From: Caldilineaceae bacterium
GTDB lineage: Bacteria; Chloroflexota; Anaerolineae; Caldilineales; Caldilineaceae
DNA length: 64,000 bases
Direction of reading: 5' to 3'
NCBI GenBank assembly: GCA_958295845.1
Contig: OY282376.1
Span: 507,022-571,021 of the forward strand
Shown: positions 56,917 through 64,000 of the stretch, piece after piece
Layout of the letters: every line of letters starts with the position of its first letter
Numbering within the stretch: position 1 is the first letter of the stretch
The notes under the pieces: generated by a model
The model's database searches: none
What the model saw: only the letters and a program-made list of their open reading frames with translations
Told to the model about the DNA's origin: nothing
Program-made: the position numbers and the translations under genes

Positions 56917-58044
56917 CTACTGCGGGATCTCGCCGGTGACGCCTGCCACCAGCCAGTCATAGCTGAGCAGGGCGGGGTCGTCCATACATTCTCCGGCAGC
57001 CACCCGCTCCGCGCCGGTATTATCGTTGATCGGGCCGCAGAAGAACTGAAAACTGCCGTCCAGAATGCCTTCTTTCGTCTCCTCGACAGCTATCTGTACC
57101 ACCGCCGGCACAAATTCGGCCACGGGCGCCAGATCCAACACGCCGTCTTCCATGCCCCACCAGACCGGTTCATTGGTCCACGTCCCGGCAGCCACGTCGC
57201 GAACCTTCTTCTCGTAGATGACCTGCCAGTTCCAGATCGGTGCCGTCAGCAAAGCCTGCGGCGCGATCTCCGGATTGACCACGTTATAGCCGATGGCATA
57301 GACGCCCTGCTCCTCGGCCAGCTTGTCCGGCTCGACGCTGTCGCTCTCTCGTGCCACAACATCCGCGCCGGCATCGATAAGGGCCTGGGCCGCTTCACGC
57401 TCTTTGGGAGGATCAAACCAGGCAAAGATCCATACCGGCCGTACCTCTACAAGGGGATTTATCGACTGCGCGCCCAGGGCGAATGCGTTCAGATTTCGCA
57501 CCACCTCCGGAATGGGGTAAGGCGCAATGTAGCCGAGGACATTGGACTGTGTCATCGCGCCGGCAACCATTCCGGCTAAGTACCATCCCTGGTAGCCGCG
57601 GCCGTCATATATGCCGACATTCTCAGCCGTCTTGTATCCGGTGGCATGCTCAAACTTCACCTCCGGAAACTCCGCCGCGACTCCGATAACGCTGTCCATA
57701 TAACCGAAACTGGTGGCAAAGATCAGGTCGTAGCCTTGCGACGCGTAGCTCTGCAGCACCCGCGCCGCGTCCGGTCCTTCTGCCACAAGTTCACTGTAAG
57801 CTGTTTCCACGCCCAGCTCTTCCAGCGCCAACCGGCCCTGATCGTGCGCATAGCTCCAACCGAGATCTCCCACCGGGCCGACGTAGACGAATGCGACCTT
57901 CACCGACTCGACCGTTCTTTCCGAATCTGCCTGCCCTTCAGCTGCAGGCCCATCGCCGATCGGTTGACAGGCGCTGATCAGCGATGCCAGGATCAGCAGA
58001 ACGCCAACCACTATCCTCACATGTCGAATCCTCATGTAACTCAC
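56917..58044 (-). CDS. BMP-family (Med/PnrA-like) ABC transporter substrate-binding lipoprotein
   Basis: Lipobox LISAC; VAFVYVGPVGDLGWSYAH; PIPEVVRNLNAF, typical of the basic membrane protein family. Confidence 0.85.
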   Translation of the reverse strand: MSYMRIRHVRIVVGVLLILASLISACQPIGDGPAAEGQADSERTVESVKVAFVYVGPVGDLGWSYAHDQGRLALEELGVETAYSELVAEGPDAARVLQSYASQGYDLIFATSFGYMDSVIGVAAEFPEVKFEHATGYKTAENVGIYDGRGYQGWYLAGMVAGAMTQSNVLGYIAPYPIPEVVRNLNAFALGAQSINPLVEVRPVWIFAWFDPPKEREAAQALIDAGADVVARESDSVEPDKLAEEQGVYAIGYNVVNPEIAPQALLTAPIWNWQVIYEKKVRDVAAGTWTNEPVWWGMEDGVLDLAPVAEFVPAVVQIAVEETKEGILDGSFQFFCGPINDNTGAERVAAGECMDDPALLSYDWLVAGVTGEIPQ

Positions 58045-58104
58045 TCCTTTTCACTACAATTACAGACGGACTCGCTCATCGTTACTTCAGGTCATGCGGT
58101 AAAC

Positions 58105-58151
58105 AGATTGCTCCTCTCTTTCGGTATCTGACACCAGGAGAGGAGCAATCT
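58105..58151 (-). terminator. Intercistronic hairpin between the two BMP substrate-binding-protein genes
   Basis: Perfect 14-bp stem agattgctcctctc / gagaggagcaatct with a 19-nt loop. No clear U-tract. Confidence 0.5.
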
Positions 58152-58252
58152 TTAGCGATCACGCTCGAATTGATTCAGGAAACAGCCCTATTAGAGAAAC
58201 GGCCCACGAAAAGTGGAACCTCACACGATCCGACTGCGGGCCTGCATCCGGG

Positions 58253-59398
58253 CTAGTTTCCAAGCGGTGCGGCCTCACCCGGCGCCTCACCGACAACACC
58301 TTCCACAAAGAAGTCCATGCCCAGCATCTGGCCGTCGTCCATGCACTGGCCGTCTTCCAGGAATTGGACACCGTTCTGGCCGTTCATCGCGCCGCAGAAC
58401 ACATCCGTCTCACCGGAAACGATCATGGCCTGCTTATCGGCGACCATCGCGGCTACGTCTTCAGGAACGGACGGGCTCATGTCTGCCATGCCAACAATCC
58501 CGTCGTCCATACCGCCCCAGTACTGCTCAGTAACCCAGTTGTGGTCGCGAGCCTGCTCCGCGAATTTCACGAAAGCTGGGCCCCAGTTCCAGACCGGTCC
58601 CGTGAGGACGGAGTCACCGACGAACACGCGCATGTCGCTGTTGTAACCGATGCTGGTTCCGCCCCGCTCGGCCGCGGCCTTCTGCGGTTCGGTCGTGTCC
58701 TGGTGCTGGGCGATGATATCCGCGCCCTGGTCCAGCAGTGCTTCAGCAGCTTCCTTCTCTTCCGGCGGACCAAACCAGGTGTTTGTCCACACGACCCGCA
58801 CCTCGGCGTCCGGATTTGCCTCGCGTACGCCCAGCGTGAAGGCGTTGATTCCTCGGATAACCTCAGGAATCGGGAAGGCGGCCACGTAACCGATGACGTT
58901 GGTCTCGGTCATGCTGCCGGCCACCAGGCCGCTCAGATAGCGGGGCTGGTACATGCGGCCAAAGAGAGTGCTCATGTTGTCGGCCGTCTTAAAGCCGGAA
59001 ACATGCACAAAATACTGGTCCGGGAACTCCTGCGCGACCGTCAGAGTCGGGTCCATGTAGCCGAAGCTGGTGGTGATGACCAGGTTATAGCCCTTCTGCG
59101 CAAAGTCGCGAATCACGCGCTCTGCGTCCGGGCCTTCGGGCACGTTCTCAATGAAAGCCGTCTCCGCGCCGCCCTCCAGATTCGCCTCCAGATACAGCCG
59201 CCCCTCATCGTGCGCATACGTCCAGCCGAGGTCGCCGATGGGCGCGACATAGACAAAGGCTACCTTCAACGGCGCCGCCATATCATCGCCTGCCATCTCT
59301 TCAGCGGCCGGCGCCTCGGTGACCGGCTGGCAAGCGCCAACCAGCAATGCCAGGATGAGCATGACACCCACCACTGTCCACGTTCGTCGGATTCTCAT
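58253..59398 (-). CDS. BMP-family ABC transporter substrate-binding lipoprotein (paralogue)
   Basis: Lipobox LVGAC; VAFVYVAPIGDLGWTYAH; PIPEVIRGINAF. About half of positions are identical to the neighbour by eye. Confidence 0.85.
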   Translation of the reverse strand: MRIRRTWTVVGVMLILALLVGACQPVTEAPAAEEMAGDDMAAPLKVAFVYVAPIGDLGWTYAHDEGRLYLEANLEGGAETAFIENVPEGPDAERVIRDFAQKGYNLVITTSFGYMDPTLTVAQEFPDQYFVHVSGFKTADNMSTLFGRMYQPRYLSGLVAGSMTETNVIGYVAAFPIPEVIRGINAFTLGVREANPDAEVRVVWTNTWFGPPEEKEAAEALLDQGADIIAQHQDTTEPQKAAAERGGTSIGYNSDMRVFVGDSVLTGPVWNWGPAFVKFAEQARDHNWVTEQYWGGMDDGIVGMADMSPSVPEDVAAMVADKQAMIVSGETDVFCGAMNGQNGVQFLEDGQCMDDGQMLGMDFFVEGVVGEAPGEAAPLGN

Positions 59399-59661
59399 GA
59401 AACTGTCTCCTTTGATTCAAATGGGTACGCTAGATGATGTCTGAACTGTTGACCGGAAGTTGTCCGGCGGTCAAAAAGCTGGCGTCAGTAGCAGGGGAAC
59501 TGCTCGTCTGGGGGGATTGACAGGTTTCCGGATCATGGCCTGGACAAAAATCTTAACGCCAAGTCTTGGCAATGGTATCGCAAAGATTGCCAAATTTCAA
59601 CTACGGAAACAGGGCGATTCTGCACACAGGCCACCGTTAGGCATTCCTGCGCGCCCATCTG

Positions 59662-59667
59662 TATAAT
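59662..59667 (+). promoter_or_regulatory. Candidate -10 box (TATAAT) for the homocysteine methyltransferase gene
   Basis: Perfect TATAAT about 90 nt upstream of ATG 59755. Only a weak -35 (ttaggc, 19-nt spacer). Confidence 0.3.
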
Positions 59668-59754
59668 TTCAATCAAGACTGTGGCATCCGGCCGGTGACC
59701 AACAATCGACCACCGGCTCCTGGCCACCGAATAACTATTAAAGGTCCAATCTTC

Positions 59755-60963
59755 ATGACAGAATTTCAGATTACGTACTGGCGGGACTTCCCGTCCATGG
59801 TGGTGGCCCGCGAAGGCCGCAGCAACCGGCACAAAGTGCAGTTGCCGGCCCGCTTTCAGGTCGCGATCGACGAAGCCGCCATGCGCGCCGGCGCAACCGG
59901 CACCGATGAATACCTGGACGGCTGGCTGCGTACCGACTGGCAGGAAAAGGCGGGGAATCCCGAGGAAGTGGCCCAGGCCGTCGCCGCGCAGCTGGAAGCC
60001 GACTATCCCCCGCAGCGAATTCGGAAGCTGCTGTCTTCCATAACACCCGACGCCTCTTCCGGCGGATGGCTGACCCCGCGCCCCCACCCGGTGGTCGACC
60101 TGCTTAACCAGCACGGCGGCCCCCTGCTTGGCGACGGGGCCATGGCCACGATGCTGCAGGAAGTCGGCCTCACCGGCGGCGCCGCGCCCGAACAGTGGAA
60201 TGTTGAAAACCCCGATGCCGTGCAGGCGGTCTACCGCGGCTACGTCGAGGCCGGATCCCACATCATTACCACCAACACCTTCGGCGGCACCACCGCCCGG
60301 CTCAAGATGCACGACCTCCAGGATAGGCTGGCCGAACTGAACGCAGCCGGCGTGCAGCTGGCGCGCGCGGTGGCCGACGAATCCGGCGAAGTGCTGGTGG
60401 GGGCCTCCGTCGGCCCGACCGGCGAGCTGCTCGATCCCCTCGGCGTGATGACGATGGACGAAGCAACGGAGCTCTTCGCCGAGCAGGTGGCTGTCATGGC
60501 CGAAGCCGGTGCCGACTTCATCCTCACCGAAACAATGAGCGACCTTCAAGAAGTCGAAGCCGCCGTGCGCGCTGTGGATCAGGCGACGGAGCTGCCCATC
60601 GTCTGCATGCTCACATTCGATACCAACCTGCACACGATGATGGGCGTCAGTCCCAAACAGGCGGTGGAGACGCTGGCCTCCTGGGGCGTTCAGGTAATCG
60701 GCGCCAACTGCGGCAACGGCCCCGACGAAATCCTAACGGTGATGTCGGAAATGGCCGCCCACCGTCCGCCCGGAGTCGTCCTCTATGCCCAGAGCAACGC
60801 GGGCCTGCCGGTCCTGCAGGGAGACGATGTGATCTACGACGGCACGCCCGAGGTCATGGCCGATTACGCCCGCCAAATGAAGGACCTCGGCGTCGACGTA
60901 ATCGCCGGCTGCTGCGGCACAACGCCTGTCCACTTGCGGGCGATGCGAGAGGCGCTGGCGTAG
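59755..60963 (+). CDS. Homocysteine S-methyltransferase-domain protein (MetH Hcy-binding module only) with a ~105-aa N-terminal extension
   Basis: LGDGAMATML start of the Hcy domain. Zinc-ligand cysteines in GANCGNGP and AGCCGTTP. The N-terminal MTEFQITYWRDFPSMV domain resembles the short domain seen ahead of MetH modules in some bacteria (from memory). Confidence 0.8.
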   Translation: MTEFQITYWRDFPSMVVAREGRSNRHKVQLPARFQVAIDEAAMRAGATGTDEYLDGWLRTDWQEKAGNPEEVAQAVAAQLEADYPPQRIRKLLSSITPDASSGGWLTPRPHPVVDLLNQHGGPLLGDGAMATMLQEVGLTGGAAPEQWNVENPDAVQAVYRGYVEAGSHIITTNTFGGTTARLKMHDLQDRLAELNAAGVQLARAVADESGEVLVGASVGPTGELLDPLGVMTMDEATELFAEQVAVMAEAGADFILTETMSDLQEVEAAVRAVDQATELPIVCMLTFDTNLHTMMGVSPKQAVETLASWGVQVIGANCGNGPDEILTVMSEMAAHRPPGVVLYAQSNAGLPVLQGDDVIYDGTPEVMADYARQMKDLGVDVIAGCCGTTPVHLRAMREALA

Positions 60964-61019
60964 GAGAGGAAGGAGCCGACCGCGCACGCAGTGGCTTAAT
61001 TGACCGGCATGAAAACTTC

Positions 61020-61283
61020 ATGACTATAGGGTATACTACCGGCTACCGGCCGACCGCGGACGAAATTGCAGATATGGCCGACAGCGGCCGCGACATATCC
61101 GAGTTTTTTACAAATCAGGGGACAATGAAGCAGCTGTTGACGCGCGTCAACGTTGATTTCACGCCCGACATGCTTCAGGAACTCGATCAGTTGGCCGCCG
61201 AGTTGTGTGCCAGTCGCCATCGAATCCTGGTTGCGGGATTCGACAACCAAAATTTGCTTGACAGTTGTTTGACGGTTGTTTGA
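61020..61283 (+). CDS. CopG/RHH-type antitoxin-like ORF, probably decayed at its C-terminus. No partner toxin gene.
   Basis: RVNVDFTPDMLQELDQLAAEL...SR resembles the beta-strand/helix core of CopG-family antitoxins. The C-terminal 15 aa run into the repeat cluster. Low local GC. Confidence 0.35.
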   Translation: MTIGYTTGYRPTADEIADMADSGRDISEFFTNQGTMKQLLTRVNVDFTPDMLQELDQLAAELCASRHRILVAGFDNQNLLDSCLTVV

Positions 61284-61286
61284 CTG
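61258..61286 (+). repeat. Iteron-like cluster 1: three TTGAC motifs at 11-bp phasing
   Basis: ttgacagttgtttgacggttgtttgactg read directly. Confidence 0.85.
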
Positions 61287-61356
61287 GAAAGACCAAAACA
61301 GCCGCAACTGACCGGTCTTAACGCCAATTCAGAGGGATTTGAAGCAGAGAATTTCT

Positions 61357-61385
61357 TTGACCGTTGTTTGACGGTTGTTTGACTG
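61357..61385 (+). repeat. Iteron-like cluster 2 (direct repeat of cluster 1, offset 99 bp)
   Basis: ttgaccgttgtttgacggttgtttgactg, 28/29 identical to cluster 1. Flanks are also similar for ~20 bp each side. Confidence 0.85.
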
Positions 61386-61458
61386 CAAGGCCGAAATAGC
61401 CACATTTTGTGGTTTTGCCTTCCTTTACGATTCCATTTGCAGTGCAAAGCGAACCATC

Positions 61459-62052
61459 GTGAAAATCGGAATCATAGCCTGCGGCGCAATCGTGCGCGAA
61501 CTTATCGCCATCGCCAACCGCCGCGGCTGGGACTACGAGCTGACCGCCGTCCCCGCCCAGCTCCATAACCGCCCTGAACGCATCGCCCCGGCCATCGCGA
61601 AAAAACTTGACGCCTGGGCCGACCGCTTCGACCGCATCCTCATCGGCTATGCCGACTGCGGCACCATTGGCGCGCTCGATGCGCTCCTGGACCGCTATCC
61701 CCATGCCGTGCGCATCCCCGGCCCCCACTGCTACGAGTTCTACGGCGGCGCGCACTTCGATCAACAGGCCGAGCGCCAGCCGGGCACATTTTACCTGACC
61801 GATTTTCTCGCCCACCACTACGAAGGCCTGGTGATCGAATCGCTGGGCCTCGACCGCCACCCCGAGCTGCGCGACGTCTTTTTCGGCAACTACGAGGAGC
61901 TGCTCTACCTCCGCCAGCAACCCGACCAGGACGAGAGCGAACGCGCCCGCGCGGCCGCAGCGAGACTGGGGCTGACGTATAAGGAGGTCGATTCCGGCCT
62001 GAACGTTCTGGAGGAACGGTTGGTGGCGCTGATCGAAAGCCAGGACCGGTGA
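61459..62052 (+). CDS. DUF1638 domain-containing protein
   Basis: The GTG at 61459 gives VKIGIIACGAIVRELI ... VPAQLHNRPERI ... ILIGYADCGT ... IPGPHCYEFYGG, matching the remembered DUF1638 pattern. Confidence 0.65.
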   Translation: MKIGIIACGAIVRELIAIANRRGWDYELTAVPAQLHNRPERIAPAIAKKLDAWADRFDRILIGYADCGTIGALDALLDRYPHAVRIPGPHCYEFYGGAHFDQQAERQPGTFYLTDFLAHHYEGLVIESLGLDRHPELRDVFFGNYEELLYLRQQPDQDESERARAAAARLGLTYKEVDSGLNVLEERLVALIESQDR

Positions 62053-62064
62053 CCGCCCACCGCC

Positions 62065-63000
62065 ATGCGCCGAGTCCTCTTTCTTTTCCTTGACGGCGTC
62101 GGCCTGGGCCGCGATGACCCGGAAGTCAACCCGCTGGCCGCGGCCGCACTGCCGACACTCGAGGCGCTCTTCGACGGTCGTCCGCTCACTGCGTCCAGCG
62201 GGCGTTTCAGCCATGGCGACGCACATCTGATCCCGACCGACGCCCACCTGGGTGTGCCCGGCCGTCCCCAGAGCGCCACCGGCCAGACCGCAATCCTGAC
62301 CGGCGTCAACGCGTCCGCTCGCCTTGGGGAACACTACGGCCCGCGCCCGGACCAGCGCGTAAGGGACATACTTGACGAGGCCGGCATCTTCGCCCGGCTC
62401 CACGCCGCGGGCCATGCAACCGCCTTCGTCAACGCCTACCCCCAGGGCTATTTTGACGCCGTCAAACGCGGCAAACGCCTGTTGAGCGCAGTCCCCTACG
62501 CGGCCCGAAGCGGCGGACTCCAGTTACGGACATGGAGAGAGATGATGGCGCAGCAGGCCCTGTCCGCCAACTTCACCGGCCACGGTTGGCGCACGCAGTT
62601 GGGCTATCCCGATGTGCCGCTCTACTCGCCGCCAGAAGCCGGCGCACAGCTCTGGCGCCTTGCCCAGCCCGTGCGTTTCACCTTCTTCGAGCACTGGCAG
62701 ACCGACTTTCTGGGTCACTACCGCGACCTGCGCGGGGCCATTGAGAACTTCGAGCGCATCGACGGCTTCTTGGCCGGTCTTCTGGATGTGATGGACTGGC
62801 AGGAAACACTCTTGATTGTCGCCAGCGATCACGGCAATGTCGAGGACTGCACAATCCGCAAGCACACCGAGAACCGGGCCCTGACTGTCCTCGTCGGCGC
62901 CCATGCCGCGGCCTTTGCCCAACGCGTTCACCGGCTGGACGACTTCGCCGATATCATTGCTGATTTCCTGGACGAAAAAGACCTTGCCGGTGCCCAGTAA
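62065..63000 (+). CDS. Alkaline-phosphatase-superfamily metalloenzyme (cofactor-independent phosphoglycerate mutase/phosphopentomutase-like 'Metalloenzyme' domain)
   Basis: N-terminal LFLFLDGVGLG and distal VASDHGNVED metal-ligand contexts. Confidence 0.6.
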   Translation: MRRVLFLFLDGVGLGRDDPEVNPLAAAALPTLEALFDGRPLTASSGRFSHGDAHLIPTDAHLGVPGRPQSATGQTAILTGVNASARLGEHYGPRPDQRVRDILDEAGIFARLHAAGHATAFVNAYPQGYFDAVKRGKRLLSAVPYAARSGGLQLRTWREMMAQQALSANFTGHGWRTQLGYPDVPLYSPPEAGAQLWRLAQPVRFTFFEHWQTDFLGHYRDLRGAIENFERIDGFLAGLLDVMDWQETLLIVASDHGNVEDCTIRKHTENRALTVLVGAHAAAFAQRVHRLDDFADIIADFLDEKDLAGAQ

Positions 63001-63106
63001 CCACTCACCAGATACAAACCAGCGGACAAACGGATCACTCTAAATCCAACCGCTTGTCCCTTCAACAGTCCTCTGCAAACCGTCACACCAACTGATTGGA
63101 GAAACT

Positions 63107-64000
63107 ATGGAACTGCCGCCATTCGCCAACCCCGGACGCTTTTGGAAAGGAAATCTTCACACCCACTCGACCCGCTCCGACGGGGGGAAGCCACCGCAGG
63201 AGGTCTGCAGACTGTATGAACAGGGCGGTTATGATTTCATCGCCCTGACCGATCACTTTATGGAGCAGTACGGCTTTCCGGTCACCGACACGCGGCCCTT
63301 CCGTTCAGCCGGGTTCACGACCATCATCGGCGCCGAACTGCACAGCGGCGCCATCGAGAACGGCTCCGCCTGGCATATCGTGGCCGCCGGCCTGCCCCTC
63401 GATTTCACGCCCACCGACCCGGAGGAAAGCGGCGCCCAACTCGCCGCCAGGGCCAAGGAGGCCGGCGCCTTTGTCGGCGTCGCCCATCCCCACTGGTACA
63501 CGCTGACCGAAAACGACGTCGCAGCCTTGGGCCCCGCCCACGCAGTCGAGGTCTACAACGGGATAGCCGACGACGCCAACGATCGGGCCGACAGCTGGCA
63601 TCTGATGGACATACTCCTGGACAAACGCCAGCACTACTTCGCCTACGCAGCCGACGACGCCCATCTCAAAGAGCACCACGACTTTCGCCGCGGCTGGGTG
63701 CAGGTGAAAGCCGAGGAGCTCTCCCCCGAGGCTCTGCTGACCGCGCTGAAGGACGGCGCATTCTACTCCAGCACCGGACCCGAGATCTACGACATCGCCT
63801 GCATCCCCGGCGAACGGCTAACTGTCCAGTGCTCGCCCGCTGAACGCGTCTTCATGACCGGGGTTGGCAGCGCCAGCCAGCGCGCCTGGGGCAACGGTCT
63901 CACGAGCGCAGAGTTCGACCTGTCCGACTGGAGCAGCCACTACTGCCGCGTGACGGTGCGCGACCGCCGCGGCGGCAGGGCGTGGTCGAACCCGATCTGG
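63107..64000 (+). CDS. PHP-domain metal-dependent phosphoesterase, 3'-truncated by the window edge
   Basis: My own translation from ATG 63107: MELPPFANPGRFWKGNLHTHSTRSDGG...ALTDHF...VAHPHW. The frame is open to nt 64000. Not in the supplied ORF track, presumably because it lacks a stop. Confidence 0.75.
   Translation, partial: MELPPFANPGRFWKGNLHTHSTRSDGGKPPQEVCRLYEQGGYDFIALTDHFMEQYGFPVTDTRPFRSAGFTTIIGAELHSGAIENGSAWHIVAAGLPLDFTPTDPEESGAQLAARAKEAGAFVGVAHPHWYTLTENDVAALGPAHAVEVYNGIADDANDRADSWHLMDILLDKRQHYFAYAADDAHLKEHHDFRRGWVQVKAEELSPEALLTALKDGAFYSSTGPEIYDIACIPGERLTVQCSPAERVFMTGVGSASQRAWGNGLTSAEFDLSDWSSHYCRVTVRDRRGGRAWSNPIW

Noticed and set aside
59673-59754. SAM-I or cobalamin riboswitch upstream of the Hcy methyltransferase gene
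   Set aside because: The leader is too short and lacks the SAM-I GAGGGA...GCAACC core and any B12 box. It is kept only as an unclassified structured leader in the findings.
61258-61385. Possible degenerate CRISPR array
   Set aside because: There are only two repeat copies, the period is 99 bp, and the repeats are internally periodic (11 bp). No cas genes or further units are present, so an iteron/operator interpretation fits better.
59533-62415. 366-aa and 365-aa minus-strand ORFs
   Set aside because: Antisense to the Hcy-methyltransferase gene and to the DUF1638/metalloenzyme genes respectively. Gly/Ala/Arg-rich artefacts.

Overview
GC-rich bacterial chromosomal segment (about 60-65% GC by eye). 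Gene content and repeat style look Chloroflexota-like, but this is an inference and was not tested. Almost all of it is ordinary, densely packed coding sequence. It contains a liv-type branched-chain amino-acid ABC operon, thyX, sugar-nucleotide and phosphosugar enzymes, tatD, a polyprenyl synthase, hisS and two CUT1 sugar ABC loci. One CUT1 locus is joined to FAD/GcvT-type demethylase-like genes. The other is joined to a GH78 rhamnosidase and four Gfo/Idh/MocA genes. There is also a BMP-type ABC cluster without permeases, a stand-alone homocysteine-methyltransferase module with DUF1638, and a PHP-domain gene that runs off the 3' edge. I saw no rRNA, tRNA, CRISPR array, prophage or complete defence/toxin-antitoxin system. 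The items most worth a second look are: (1) two consecutive giant ORFs at the 5' edge that resemble 'Tubulin-like' family proteins with eroded nucleotide-binding loops and a transmembrane hairpin; (2) heptanucleotide (CCACTGA / AACTNNN) tandem arrays that recur as intercistronic leaders, ending in ACTTCC-N-ATG with no Shine-Dalgarno; (3) a ~300-bp composite intergenic repeat present twice, 46 kb apart; (4) a low-GC insert with a decayed RHH-antitoxin-like ORF and 11-bp-phased TTGAC iteron-like clusters; (5) several apparently degenerate enzymes (MBL fold, Gfo-like, ThyX half-duplication). All functional calls rest on remembered family motifs, because no searches could be run.
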